From Candidatus Berkelbacteria bacterium RIFCSPLOWO2_01_FULL_50_28 (GTDB lineage Bacteria; Patescibacteriota; UBA1384; 2-12-FULL-50-11), in NCBI GenBank assembly GCA_001774395.1, contig MEZX01000002.1:559062-623061 (forward strand): a DNA stretch of 64,000 bases, written 5' to 3'. The notes under the pieces were generated by a model that searched no databases, was not told where the DNA came from, and saw only the letters and a program-made list of their open reading frames with translations. How positions within the stretch are numbered: the first letter of the stretch is position 1; the number at the start of each line of letters is the position of its first letter. Both the position numbers and the translations under genes were made by a program. Positions 22,192 to 34,370 of the stretch are shown here, piece after piece.

Positions 22192-23910
22192 CTACTTATC
22201 TACCTTGGTCTCGGAAAAATGCAGAACATCGCCAACCTCAGCCTGCGCCGAAAGTTCAAAGAGTGACAAGCCGCATTGAGAGCCTTTCTCCACCTCGTCA
22301 GTCTCAATCTTCCCAAGTTGGAGTCCCTCAACCTTGCCCGTCCCGACCTCTTCTTTCTGGCGAAGAATTTTGATGTCAGAGCCCTTCTTGACGATTCCTT
22401 CCGCAACTTCGCCACCAACGATCTGGGTATCTTTTTTGCCAGAGAACACCGCCAGAACCTTCAGCCGCCCAAGCTCAACGGTGGTGTAGGTGGGCGAGGC
22501 AATCTTTTTCAAAGTTTCGGTTAGGTACTCTAATATTTCGTAAATTACCCACGATTCTTTTATTTCCACCTCATCGCGGCGAGCCAACTCGCTCACTCTT
22601 TTGGGCGGGGTCGAACGAAATGCGATAATTGTCGCCCCCGATGCCTTAGCCAAATTCACATCGTTCTCGTTTGTCGCTCCGATCCCACTGGAAACAATTT
22701 CCACGGTCGCATCTTTGATCTGAAGTTTTTTAATTGAATCTTCCAAAGCAGCCAGCGATCCTCCGACATCGGCTTTCAGCACTATCGGTACGACATTTTC
22801 CGATTCGCCCGCTTGACGCCTTTGGCCAGCATTCAGACCGGCCGTCATAGACTTGGCGACTTTTTCGTTCGGCACTGCCTGCAAGGCTTCGCCAAAAACG
22901 GGAACATCCTTGAGTCCGGAAATCAAAACCGGTACCGCTGGTCCGGCAGCAGCAATCTTTTTTCCGCGATCGTCGTCCATCGTCCGAATCCGACCGTAGG
23001 TTTTACCAATTACGACCACCTGCCCCGGTCGAAGCGTGCCGTTGTAAACTAGTACGCGAGCAACTGCCCCAAGTTGTTTGTCAAGGTTCGCCTCAATAAC
23101 AATACCTTGCGGGGAAGTCTCCGGGTCGGCCCTTAACTCTTGTAAGTCGGTTGTCAGAACAATCAATTCCAGAAGCTGCGGTACGCCCTCGCCCGTTTTG
23201 GATGACACCGGTACGACAACAGTTTTACCTCCCCAGTCTTCAGGGGCAAGGTCGTGTTCAACCAGCTGTTTCTTTGCTCTGTCGAGATCAGCACCTGGTG
23301 TATCCGTTTTTGTTATGGCTACTAATATGGGAACGCCGGCTGCTCGGGCGAATTTCAAAGCCTCTAGTGTTTGCGGCTTGACTCCGTCGTCAGCAGCCAC
23401 CACTAAAACCACCAAATCCGTGATACTGGCCCCATGACTACGCAAGGCTGAAAATGCTTCGTGGCCAGGGGTATCGATGAACGTGACTTTACGTTTTTTC
23501 CCGTCGCTCATCTTATGTTCAATTTGATAAGCGCTGATGTGTTGAGTGATGCCTCCGGCTTCGCCTGCGGCAACGTTGGCCGAACGGATGTAATCGAGCA
23601 AGGAAGTTTTACCGTGATCGACATGACCCATAATCGTCACAATCGGTGGACGGATGTAGTCTCCAGAGGTAGAAGTGATCTTTTTTTGCGACGCAATCTC
23701 TTCTTCTGGTTTGGCCTGAAAGCCAAATTCCTCCGCCACGAGGGCCGCTGAATCAAAATCTACCGATTGGTTGATGCTGGCCATTACCCCGCCCGAAATT
23801 AGCTTACCGATGACCGCGGTTGGCTCGGCGCCCAACAAGACTGCGAGACTTCGCACCGAAATCTCTTCTGGAATGGCAATAAGTTTCTTATCGCTCACTT
23901 CGTCGCTCAT
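22192..23910 (-). CDS. infB: Translation initiation factor IF-2 (short form)
   Basis: 572 aa with the G domain ([24 protein letters not shown]), domain II beta-barrel and the C-terminal fMet-tRNA binding region. It lacks the long N-terminal extension. Confidence 0.93.
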   Translation of the reverse strand: MSDEVSDKKLIAIPEEISVRSLAVLLGAEPTAVIGKLISGGVMASINQSVDFDSAALVAEEFGFQAKPEEEIASQKKITSTSGDYIRPPIVTIMGHVDHGKTSLLDYIRSANVAAGEAGGITQHISAYQIEHKMSDGKKRKVTFIDTPGHEAFSALRSHGASITDLVVLVVAADDGVKPQTLEALKFARAAGVPILVAITKTDTPGADLDRAKKQLVEHDLAPEDWGGKTVVVPVSSKTGEGVPQLLELIVLTTDLQELRADPETSPQGIVIEANLDKQLGAVARVLVYNGTLRPGQVVVIGKTYGRIRTMDDDRGKKIAAAGPAVPVLISGLKDVPVFGEALQAVPNEKVAKSMTAGLNAGQRRQAGESENVVPIVLKADVGGSLAALEDSIKKLQIKDATVEIVSSGIGATNENDVNLAKASGATIIAFRSTPPKRVSELARRDEVEIKESWVIYEILEYLTETLKKIASPTYTTVELGRLKVLAVFSGKKDTQIVGGEVAEGIVKKGSDIKILRQKEEVGTGKVEGLQLGKIETDEVEKGSQCGLSLFELSAQAEVGDVLHFSETKVDK

Positions 23911-26438
23911 TTTGAATCCTGTTCGTCATCTTCAATCACTTCCTGCACGGCATTGTTTAATACTGCCAAAGAGCTGACCGTATCGCCCTTATCTGGGCGG
24001 ATCAGGATTACCCCCGAAGCGTGACGCGACAGCTTCTTGACCGACGAGGCGCTGATTCGAATTATCTGTCCACCGGTGGTGGCAATGACGATATCAGTCG
24101 CTTCTGAATCAAGAACCACCGACGAGGCTAACTCCCCAGTTTTAGTGTTGAGTTTGGCAATTCGTATTCCACTGCCGCCGCGACGTTGGTTACGGAACTC
24201 TTTCATTGATACTTTTTTGCCGACGCCGTTTTGGGAGATCACACAAATGGCCTCGCTGGTTTCGGCGATAACTTCAGTTTCAATCACCTTGTCGTTGCCT
24301 TTAAGTCGAATACCGCGGACTCCGCCAGCGCTACGGCCCATCGGTCGCGCTTCGGACTCGTTGTAAACAATCACCTGAGCGTTGCGCGTGATTTGGGCGA
24401 TCTCGTCCGAGCCGCTGGTTAGCTTCACCCATTTCAGTTGGTCACCTTTTTTCAGTCCCATGGCAACGACACCGGATTTCCGCACGTTTTTGAACATTTC
24501 TACCTTCACTCTTTTAACTGCGCCGTTTTGGGTGGCAAAGAAGAAGAAACTACCCTCTTGCTTATCCTGCGAGGCGGAGATGTTGATGATAGTTGTCACC
24601 TTTTCATCTGGTAGAACGCGGATCAGATTTGGCAGTGCCACGCCCTTGCTCTGACGGCTGGAAGCGGGAATTTCGTACGCCTTGCAGGTAAAAACTCGCC
24701 CAAGGTTGGTAAAGAAGAAGATATCGTCATGCGTCGAGCCGAAGACAATCTGTTCAACAGCGTCGTCGTCACGCGTCGTCATTCCGATGACACCCTTACC
24801 GCCACGACCTTGGCTCTTGTAGGCACTGGAGGCTAAGCGCTTAACGTAATTGCCGCTCGTAAGTGTGATAATGACAGGTTCAATTGGAATTAAATCCAAG
24901 GCCGTTAACTGGCCCAGCGCCTCCGGCCGAATCTCAGTTCGTCGTTCTTCGCCAAATTTTTCTTTTATTTCGGCTAACTCTTGTTTGATAATTGTCTGAA
25001 CACGCGCTGGCTTAGAGAGAATATCTTCCAAATCGGCGATAAGCTTCAAGACCTCTTCGTACTCGTCGTAAATCTTCTGGCGCTCAAGGTTGGCCAGTTG
25101 CGATAGACGCATGTCCAAAATGGCGTTAGCCTGTAGCTCGCTTAGCTTGTAGGTTTCCATCAAGCCCTTCTTGGCCGCGTCACGATCGGCCGAATTACGA
25201 ATTAGGGCGATAATAGCGTCAAGGTGATCGAGGGCAATTTTCAACCCTTCTAAGATGTGAGCCCGGGCTTTGGCAATCTTTAGTTCAAACTCGGTCCGGC
25301 GAGTGATTACCGTCACACGATGGGCCAAAAATTCGCTCAAAATTTCACTGACGTTTAGGAGCTTGGGCTGTAACCCATCGATAAGTGCCACCATATTGTA
25401 GTGGACGACGGTTTGCAGCTCGGTTAACTCGTAAAGTTGGTTGAGGATTTTTGAGGCAATAGCGCCAAGTTTTAGCTCGATTACCACGCGGACGCCGTGC
25501 TCGCGGTCCGACTCGTCTCTAATATCCGACAAGCCCTCGAGCCGTTTGGATTTTACCAAATCGGCAATGTGAGTGATAAAGTTGGCCTTGTTTGTTTGGT
25601 AGGGCAGTTCGCTAACGATAATGCGACTCCGGTTCTTTTCCTCTTCTATTTCCGCTCTGCCACGCACAACTACTCTGCCCCGACCGGTCGAGAGCGCCTC
25701 ACGCATCTCGGCAGCGTTATAGGCAATTGCTCCGGTGGGAAAGTCCGGCCCCTTCACTATGTCTAGTAGTTCATCGAGCTCGGCGTCCGGCTTTTCGAGC
25801 AACACTACCAAGGCGTCAATTATTTCATTTAAATTATGCGGGGGAATATTAGTCGCCATGCCAACTGCGATGCCTTGGCTGCCGTTAACAAGCAAGTTCG
25901 GCAAACGAGTCGGTAGGACCATCGGCTCGCTTTGCGTGCCGTCGTAGTTCTCTTGCCAATCCACCGTTTCTTTGTCGATATCAAGCAACATTGTTTCGGC
26001 GGCGGCAGCCATTCGCGCTTCGGTGTAACGCATGGCGGCCGGCGGGTCGCCGTCCATCGAACCGAAGTTTCCTTGGCCGTTAATTAGCGGCAACCGTAAG
26101 CTCCACCACTGCGCCATTCGCGCCATGGCGTCGTAAATCGCGGAGTCGCCGTGAGGGTGAAACAGACCCATAACTTGTCCGACGATTTTGGCGGACTTCT
26201 GGTGTTTGGCACCGGCCGACAGACCCATCTCGCGCATTACATAAAGAATACGACGTTGCACAGGCTTCAGTCCGTCACGAATGTCCGGCAGAGCTCGAGC
26301 AACTATGACCGACATCGCGTAATCCAAATACGACTCGGACATCTCCTGATGAATTGAGCGCGGTTTGATCACCCCGAAGTTAGTTTTTTCAGGAAGTGAT
26401 TCGGGATCGGGTTGTATTATTTTTTCGTCTGCCATCAC
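23907..26438 (-). CDS. gyrA: DNA gyrase subunit A
   Basis: 843 aa with the catalytic Tyr region (…AMRYTEARM…), the QRDR-like segment and C-terminal beta-pinwheel repeats. It follows gyrB. Confidence 0.96.
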   Translation of the reverse strand: MMADEKIIQPDPESLPEKTNFGVIKPRSIHQEMSESYLDYAMSVIVARALPDIRDGLKPVQRRILYVMREMGLSAGAKHQKSAKIVGQVMGLFHPHGDSAIYDAMARMAQWWSLRLPLINGQGNFGSMDGDPPAAMRYTEARMAAAAETMLLDIDKETVDWQENYDGTQSEPMVLPTRLPNLLVNGSQGIAVGMATNIPPHNLNEIIDALVVLLEKPDAELDELLDIVKGPDFPTGAIAYNAAEMREALSTGRGRVVVRGRAEIEEEKNRSRIIVSELPYQTNKANFITHIADLVKSKRLEGLSDIRDESDREHGVRVVIELKLGAIASKILNQLYELTELQTVVHYNMVALIDGLQPKLLNVSEILSEFLAHRVTVITRRTEFELKIAKARAHILEGLKIALDHLDAIIALIRNSADRDAAKKGLMETYKLSELQANAILDMRLSQLANLERQKIYDEYEEVLKLIADLEDILSKPARVQTIIKQELAEIKEKFGEERRTEIRPEALGQLTALDLIPIEPVIITLTSGNYVKRLASSAYKSQGRGGKGVIGMTTRDDDAVEQIVFGSTHDDIFFFTNLGRVFTCKAYEIPASSRQSKGVALPNLIRVLPDEKVTTIINISASQDKQEGSFFFFATQNGAVKRVKVEMFKNVRKSGVVAMGLKKGDQLKWVKLTSGSDEIAQITRNAQVIVYNESEARPMGRSAGGVRGIRLKGNDKVIETEVIAETSEAICVISQNGVGKKVSMKEFRNQRRGGSGIRIAKLNTKTGELASSVVLDSEATDIVIATTGGQIIRISASSVKKLSRHASGVILIRPDKGDTVSSLAVLNNAVQEVIEDDEQDSK

Positions 26439-26541
26439 TTCAATCCTCCGGATTGAACAATTATCAATTTATAATTATCAATTATCAAACCTCCCAATTT
26501 GAAATATTTTGAAAACTGAAAATTGAAAATTGAAAACTGCA

Positions 26542-28500
<1,959 letters not shown>

Positions 28501-28568
28501 TTAAAATGTACCAGTTATCAACTGTGTAGTCGGCCCCAAATTGCTGGCCAATCGCCGGAAAACTAAGC

Positions 28569-29672
28569 CTAATGAGAAGTCTGAGATTCAACAATCTGCT
28601 TAATTTTTTCTTTGAATATTTTTGCGTCAAATTGTAGTGCTACAGCGCGGATTTTTTCCGGATTGTACTTTTTCACGTCGAAGTTTTTGAGCACAGCAAC
28701 TAACGATTCAACCGTCTGTTCCTGGAAGAATTCGCCGGTCACGCCCGGCAGAACGGATTCCAAAGCTCCGCCCGCCGCGTATGCAATCACCGGACGGCCG
28801 GAGGCCATCGACTCGAGTGGCGTGATGCCCGCATCCTCAAGCTGCGGATGAATAAGTGCGATGCAGTTTGCGTATAGGCCGGCGAGCTCCGGGTCGGGTA
28901 CGCGCCCGACAAACTCCACCGTTGGACCGGCAAGCTTTTTCAGCTCGTCTAGATGCGAGCCACCACCCACAACTTTCAATTTCAAGCCCAACTTCGTTGC
29001 CGCCAAAATAGCTAAATCTGTTCGTTTGTATGGCTCGGTGCGGCCGAGAACCAAAAAGTAGTCACCCGTTTTGTCGGCTATTTCAAACATCGATGTGTCA
29101 ACTGGTGGAAAGAATACTGTATCCGCCGTGCGACCGTAGTACTTTTTCGTTTCCGCGGCAATAAAATGCGAATTGGCGATCAGATAGTCCGGCCGTTTGC
29201 TTGCTTGCAAATCCCATTTCCGAACTTGTTCGGTGATGGCTCGAACAACGGGCCGCCCAATAAATGGCAACGGTATCGAAGCGTTGGCTAGATACTCATC
29301 TCTATCGCGAGTCAGGTAGCGAGTGGGGGTGTGCAAATAGCAAACGTGTTTAGTTGGCGGTTTGGTAATAACGCCTTTTTCAAACGACGAGCAGTCCGAA
29401 AGCACAACGTCAAAATCGCTAAAGTTAAACGACTCAATCGCTTTTGGCAGAAACGGCAAGTAGTATTTTCTGCCCGCTGGCATGCCCGGCCAGTCTTGCA
29501 AAAAGCTTGGGATGATTATTCTACCCGGCAGAAACTCGTCGATCAGTTTCTGATCTTTAGCTAGCAAATAAATCGGCGCTTCAGGCCAAATTTCACTGAA
29601 TGTTTTTAAAACTCGTTCCGCCCCACCCCATTGGGTAAAAAAGCCGTGGACCAACGCAATTTTCATAACCAT
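28569..29672 (-). CDS. Glycosyltransferase family 4 (GT-B fold)
   Basis: 367 aa with the C-terminal GT4 signature (…GRTEPYKR…ESMASGRPVIAYAAGGALE…). Confidence 0.8.
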   Translation of the reverse strand: MVMKIALVHGFFTQWGGAERVLKTFSEIWPEAPIYLLAKDQKLIDEFLPGRIIIPSFLQDWPGMPAGRKYYLPFLPKAIESFNFSDFDVVLSDCSSFEKGVITKPPTKHVCYLHTPTRYLTRDRDEYLANASIPLPFIGRPVVRAITEQVRKWDLQASKRPDYLIANSHFIAAETKKYYGRTADTVFFPPVDTSMFEIADKTGDYFLVLGRTEPYKRTDLAILAATKLGLKLKVVGGGSHLDELKKLAGPTVEFVGRVPDPELAGLYANCIALIHPQLEDAGITPLESMASGRPVIAYAAGGALESVLPGVTGEFFQEQTVESLVAVLKNFDVKKYNPEKIRAVALQFDAKIFKEKIKQIVESQTSH

Positions 29673-29756
29673 ATTATCTCAGAATTACGCCATTTAACCA
29701 GAAAATCCGCCCATTCGGGCGGACTCTCCGTAAGCTTTATGCGTACGCAACAAGCT

Positions 29757-29981
29757 TTACTTTGCCTTTCTCAACATTGGGAGACCTGTGCGAGCGTTCT
29801 CCATAACTTCATAACCTGCTGGGACGGCGTCCATCGCGCCTTCACGCACGTCTTGCGCAAAGTAGAAGATCTTCTGCAGTCGGCCACCGCGTAGGGTGAC
29901 TTCGCGACCGTGGAGGTAGTATGTCTTACCAGACTTTTTTGAAACTGTGCTAAATGCCATATTTCTCACCTCCTTCCCCAA
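29757..29981 (-). CDS. Small conserved hypothetical protein (74 aa)
   Basis: Consensus SD GGAGGTGA 7 nt upstream of the ATG. No family recognised. Confidence 0.5.
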   Translation of the reverse strand: MGKEVRNMAFSTVSKKSGKTYYLHGREVTLRGGRLQKIFYFAQDVREGAMDAVPAGYEVMENARTGLPMLRKAK

Positions 29982-30086
29982 GTTTCTTAATTGCTATTTT
30001 GTCTCACGGCCTAACCTGACCGTACCTGATATACATTACTAACTACCCTGAAGTAACCTGTCAAGCCCTATTTAACCTAGCGTCTA

Positions 30087-30825
30087 CACCCGCGGGGTGT
30101 AATATGGTATTAGATTGTAAGAAATGCCTACTATCAGAAAGAACTCATTAGTTTCGGGACAGACATACCATATCTACACGCGAAGCATTGCCGGCTTTGA
30201 GATTTTTCGATCCCGCGAAGATTTTGAGAGGCTTGTTGTAGGAATGAACTACTACAACTGCTCATCCTCAAGACAAAGATTTTCTACGTATCTGGAGTTG
30301 TCCGCGGAGGCGAAACAGCGAGTCGACGAATCACTCGGTGAGAGCGAACTGGTACAGCTAATAGCATACTGTGTCATGCCAACACACATTCACCTGATCG
30401 TGAAACAGTTGGAAGATAATGGCATCTCAAGGTTCATGAACAACACCCTGAACAGCTTTACCCGGTATTTTAACCTTTCTCACCAACGTCGAGGACCGCT
30501 CTGGGAATCAAGATTTAAGAACGTTCTGGTCGACAATGACGAGCAGCTTCTACATCTAACGAGATACGTTCATCTGAACCCCACATCTGCAGAATTAGTA
30601 ACTAGTCCCGAGGACTGGGAATTCTCCTCTTACCGCCTCTACATAGATTCACAAAATATCCAGACATTTTGTCGCTGGCGAGAATTGATCGACATTCGGC
30701 CTGAGGAGTACAGAAAATTCGCAAGAAGTCGCATTGCCTATCAGCGTAGCTTGTCACAAATAAAACAGCTTCTGATCGACGGCTACACCGGTTGACCATA
30801 TTACACCCCGCGGGTGTAATATGGT
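30087..30825 (+). mobile_element. REP-RAYT-REP unit: REP-associated tyrosine transposase flanked by related palindromic REP sequences
   Basis: Left end is cacccgcggggtgtaatatggt at 30087-30108. Right end is accatattacacc-ccgcg-ggtgtaatatggt at 30795-30825, a perfect 13-bp stem hairpin containing the reverse complement of the left-end sequence. Confidence 0.7.
30124..30795 (+). CDS. REP-associated tyrosine transposase (IS200/IS605-like Y1 HuH transposase)
   Basis: 223 aa with the HuH motif (PTHIHLIV) and the catalytic tyrosine motif (RYVHLNP). Flanked by REP hairpins. Confidence 0.8.
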   Translation: MPTIRKNSLVSGQTYHIYTRSIAGFEIFRSREDFERLVVGMNYYNCSSSRQRFSTYLELSAEAKQRVDESLGESELVQLIAYCVMPTHIHLIVKQLEDNGISRFMNNTLNSFTRYFNLSHQRRGPLWESRFKNVLVDNDEQLLHLTRYVHLNPTSAELVTSPEDWEFSSYRLYIDSQNIQTFCRWRELIDIRPEEYRKFARSRIAYQRSLSQIKQLLIDGYTG

Positions 30826-30923
30826 TTAGAGATGTTAGTTTTGTTCGAAGTATAAAAAAGCCCGAGGCGGCCGTGATTGCTTTCGCCAACTGGCGGAGCA
30901 ACAGCGGACGCGCTCGGGCTTGG

Positions 30924-31298
30924 TCAACTTCGTTCATCAAGTTCGATGCCAAACTCACGAAGCCGATTGCGGATTTCCCAATAGCTCACTGACGAGAAGG
31001 CCTTGATCATCTTCAGCTGGGACTCTGACAGCCCGGCGATTCCCCGGAGTGTCTCAACCTCTGCGCTGAGCAGGGCCGTCATTGCCTTCTTGGAAAATCC
31101 GAGCATCTGGATCGGCAAGTCGGGAATTACCCGCCCTGAGCCAAGCATAGCGTTCCGCGCCCTCTTTCTACTTGCCAGCAGCCTCCTCAGCATCTCGAGC
31201 TCCTTCTCTAGGTACTCGATATTGACGCCCAAGATAGCGCCAAGCTGCCCAGGATACACCAAATCCTCACGACCCTCTAATATTAACTTCATGTTCAC
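30924..31298 (-). CDS. Hypothetical protein with a C-terminal helix-hairpin-helix-like region (124 aa)
   Basis: The C-terminal half (…LGFSKKAMTALLSAEVETLRGIAGLSESQLKMIKAF…EIRNRLREFGIEL) resembles RpoA-CTD-like HhH DNA-binding folds. Weak. Confidence 0.4.
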   Translation of the reverse strand: MNMKLILEGREDLVYPGQLGAILGVNIEYLEKELEMLRRLLASRKRARNAMLGSGRVIPDLPIQMLGFSKKAMTALLSAEVETLRGIAGLSESQLKMIKAFSSVSYWEIRNRLREFGIELDERS

Positions 31299-31388
31299 AA
31301 CCCTCCTGTAGGTTACACGCAGATTCTAGCACAGTTCACCTTACAAGTCAAGGGAGATACGAGTGATCTTCGGGTATAATGCAAAGCC

Positions 31389-33398
31389 ATGAAATTTGAG
31401 TTAGCAACCGACATGAAACCGGCCGGCGATCAGCCAAAAGCAATTAAGTCGTTGGTGAAAGGGATTAAAAAAGGACTGAAACATCAGGTACTTTTGGGCG
31501 TGACTGGCTCGGGAAAAACTTTCACCGCCGCTAATGTTATCGTTCAAGTTCAGAAACCAACCCTAGTGATCGCCCATAATAAAACCCTGGCAGCCCAACT
31601 TACAAGCGAGTTTCGGCATTTCTTCCCTAAAAACGCCGTTGAGTATTTCGTTAGTTACTACGACTACTACCAACCCGAGGCGTACATGCCCAACTCCGAT
31701 ACATATATAGAAAAGGAAGCCCAGATCAACGACGAGATCGATCGCTTGCGTCACGCCGCTACCCAGGCCGTCCTCTCGCGTCGGGACGTGATTATCGTCG
31801 CTTCGGTTTCCTGCATTTACGGCCTCGGCTCAGCCGAAGAGTACCAAAAGGCAACTTTAGTTCTAACGAAAGGTGAAAAAGTAGATCGTGATGCGATTTT
31901 GGCCAAGCTCGTCTTCTTGCAGTACCAACGGAATGATGTTGAACTGGCCCGCGGCGATTTCCGAGCCCGAGGTGAGATTATTGAAGTAATGCCGTCGAAT
32001 GCTACTACTTTAATTCGCATCAAACTTGATGGCGACAGTATCACCGACATTCAGGAACTTGATCACGTTACCGGCGGCGTTACAGCTACACCGCGCTTTG
32101 TGGTAATTTACCCGTCGCGACATTTTGTGACCCCGCCAGAGCAAATTAAAGGAGCGTTGAAGTCGATCGAGACCGAGTTGAAAGACCGGCTCAAAGTACT
32201 GGAGAAAGAGAATAAGGGCATCGAGGCCGATCGCCTGACTCGCCGCACTCTATACGACATGGAGATGATTCGCGAAGTCGGTTACTGCAACGGCATTGAA
32301 AACTACTCCCGCCACTTTGACGGACGCGCCCCCGGCGCCACTCCCAATACATTACTGAACTATTTTCCGGAGGACTTCCTAACTATTATCGACGAATCGC
32401 ACGTCACCGTGCCGCAGATCGGTGGCATGTTCAACGGCGACAAAGCGCGCAAAGAGGTATTAGTCGACTACGGTTTCCGCCTGCCCTCAGCCAAAGACAA
32501 CCGTCCCTTGCGTTTTGCTGAGTTTGAAAAAAAAGTTGGTCAGACTGTTTACACCTCAGCCACACCGGGCAACTACGAACTTGAGAAAACTGAACAGACC
32601 GTCGAGCAAGTTATTCGGCCAACGGGCCTCGTCGACCCGGAAATTATCATCCGTCCGCTGGATAACCAAGTGGGTGATCTGATGGAACGGGCCAAAGAGC
32701 GCGTTAAACGCGAACAACGAGTTTTGATCACAACTCTCACCAAAAAGATGGCTGAAGATCTGACCGATTACTTTACCGAGCAAGGCATCCGCGTTCGTTA
32801 TCTACACTCTGGCATTGAAACATTGGAACGTATTGAAATATTGCGTGAACTGCGCAAAGGCACGTTTGATGTATTGGTCGGTGTCAACCTCCTGCGCGAA
32901 GGTTTGGATCTGCCAGAAGTCTCGCTCGTGGGGATTCTTGATGCCGATAAAGAAGGCTTTTTGCGCTCAGATCGGTCGTTAATTCAAACCATCGGCCGTG
33001 CCGCCCGCAATGTTCAGGGCCAGGTTGTCCTGTACGCCGATATCATGACCGGATCACTGACGCGGGCGATCGATGAAACTAACCGCCGGCGAGAGATTCA
33101 AGTAGCGCACAACAAAAAACACGGCATCACCCCAACGACTATTTCCAAAGAGATCACTTCGATTGTTGAGCAGGAGTTGGCGGAGTCGGTTGGCTTGGAC
33201 AAGATCGAAACACAGCTGGCCAAGAGCAACATCGAATCGCTGATTAAAGACAAAGAGCGCAGTATGAAACTCGCCGCTCAGGAGCTGCAGTTCGAACTGG
33301 CCGCCATTCTGCGCGATGAAGTGATTAAGCTCAAAAAAATGCAGAAGGAGCGCCAAAAGACGGCCTCCTCTCTTGACTTTGAGACCAAATCAGGGTAG
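31389..33398 (+). CDS. uvrB: Excinuclease ABC subunit B
   Basis: 669 aa with the GVTGSGKT Walker A, helicase motifs, the beta-hairpin region and the C-terminal UvrC-interaction coiled coil. Confidence 0.96.
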   Translation: MKFELATDMKPAGDQPKAIKSLVKGIKKGLKHQVLLGVTGSGKTFTAANVIVQVQKPTLVIAHNKTLAAQLTSEFRHFFPKNAVEYFVSYYDYYQPEAYMPNSDTYIEKEAQINDEIDRLRHAATQAVLSRRDVIIVASVSCIYGLGSAEEYQKATLVLTKGEKVDRDAILAKLVFLQYQRNDVELARGDFRARGEIIEVMPSNATTLIRIKLDGDSITDIQELDHVTGGVTATPRFVVIYPSRHFVTPPEQIKGALKSIETELKDRLKVLEKENKGIEADRLTRRTLYDMEMIREVGYCNGIENYSRHFDGRAPGATPNTLLNYFPEDFLTIIDESHVTVPQIGGMFNGDKARKEVLVDYGFRLPSAKDNRPLRFAEFEKKVGQTVYTSATPGNYELEKTEQTVEQVIRPTGLVDPEIIIRPLDNQVGDLMERAKERVKREQRVLITTLTKKMAEDLTDYFTEQGIRVRYLHSGIETLERIEILRELRKGTFDVLVGVNLLREGLDLPEVSLVGILDADKEGFLRSDRSLIQTIGRAARNVQGQVVLYADIMTGSLTRAIDETNRRREIQVAHNKKHGITPTTISKEITSIVEQELAESVGLDKIETQLAKSNIESLIKDKERSMKLAAQELQFELAAILRDEVIKLKKMQKERQKTASSLDFETKSG

Positions 33399-33434
33399 AA
33401 TAGTCGCACGCTCTAAGAGCGAAGGAGGCCTTAA

Positions 33435-33713
33435 ATGCCCCCGTGCGTTGCCCGGGATGTCCGTAGGCTGCAGGCTGTTTCAGCGCTGCTAGTCGGACTC
33501 CCCCAGACTCCACAGATCGCATTCGCCCGTCAGCAAGTGGACGAGCTGATTCTCGACCTCAGTGGCGAGTGCGTCAACGTTGCCACGATGGCGATGTGTT
33601 ACGTCAACATGAGCGAAGTGCTCGTCAGTTTGAGCCAGTTTGCACCTGGCAACGAGGCAGCGTCCTCGATCATCCGCCGGGAGTTCTTTCGGCAGCAAGA
33701 AGTCAGGCACTAG
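33435..33713 (+). CDS. GC-rich small hypothetical protein (92 aa)
   Basis: Consensus SD gaaggaggcc 7 nt before the ATG, with a terminator immediately downstream. GC content is clearly above the flanking genes. Confidence 0.45.
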   Translation: MPPCVARDVRRLQAVSALLVGLPQTPQIAFARQQVDELILDLSGECVNVATMAMCYVNMSEVLVSLSQFAPGNEAASSIIRREFFRQQEVRH

Positions 33714-33726
33714 CCCGTCATTCAAA

Positions 33727-33763
33727 GGGCCGCCAAGCGAAAGCGCGGTGGCCCTTTCTTTTG
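33727..33763 (+). terminator. Rho-independent terminator (gggccgcc…ggtggccc then TTTCTTTTG)
   Basis: 8-bp stem with one G·U pair, followed by a T-rich run. Confidence 0.55.
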
Positions 33764-33817
33764 CTTGACTTTTTCACCTAGCCATTGCAGGATGAAGCCA
33801 AGAAGGAGGAAAAAACA

Positions 33818-34186
33818 ATGACCGAAACTGAAGATTTTGAAGCCCATGGAATGCATATTGAGGAAGTGCCCGTTGAAGCAATACCAGAGATCCCTACAGA
33901 GGGCAGTGGTTTTCAGCGCTTTGCCGAACAAGCCACGAGAGAGTTGGGAAGAAAAGATCTTGACTACGGTAAAGTTGCCCAGGAGCTGATGGCAAAAGGG
34001 GTTATGCCCGGAACAGGAGCATTTGTTAGAGGCATTCTGGATGCGCTACATATAGAAGATGACAAAGCGCGTGATTTCATCGTCAATGGCCTGATGAGTG
34101 ATGCTCGCGAGCGTTCTGATGAAAGTCGTCCCGAAATGGAGGAAGCTCTCGGTAAAATTGCAGACCACGAAAACCCGGATAAATAA
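33818..34186 (+). CDS. Acidic hypothetical protein (about 122 aa)
   Basis: Start chosen at MTETEDFEAH, which has AGGAGG 8 nt upstream. The in-frame upstream ATG at 33785 lacks an SD. Confidence 0.5.
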   Translation: MTETEDFEAHGMHIEEVPVEAIPEIPTEGSGFQRFAEQATRELGRKDLDYGKVAQELMAKGVMPGTGAFVRGILDALHIEDDKARDFIVNGLMSDARERSDESRPEMEEALGKIADHENPDK

Positions 34187-34241
34187 AGCAAAGTAACTTA
34201 GCGGTCCTCACTTTCGGGATTTGTCTGGTACAATTGGGTTT

Positions 34242-34370
34242 ATGCCCAAAGAGGATGTGATTTTTGTTAAAGGTGCGCGCGAGCACCCACGCACCAAACT
34301 TTCCAGCAAAACGGACTTCGTCCTGTTATTGCGTGGAGCGGTTGATGCGGGGCAAGTAATCCTAAGATGA
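34242..34370 (+). CDS. uORF (42 codons) mimicking the UvrA N-terminus ([22 protein letters not shown]…); its TGA stop overlaps the uvrA ATG (ATGA)
   Basis: Translation gives [11 protein letters not shown], compared with authentic Uvr[12 protein letters not shown]. Ends with cta aga TGA, where the TG is shared with the uvrA ATG at 34367. GC-richer than the surroundings. It could also be a pseudogene remnant. Confidence 0.35.
   Translation: MPKEDVIFVKGAREHPRTKLSSKTDFVLLLRGAVDAGQVILR

Noticed and set aside
26439-26541. DnaA-box cluster / oriC between gyrB and gyrA
   Set aside because: The repeated TTATCAATT differs from the DnaA box TTATCCACA at three of nine positions. There is no dnaA or dnaN context.
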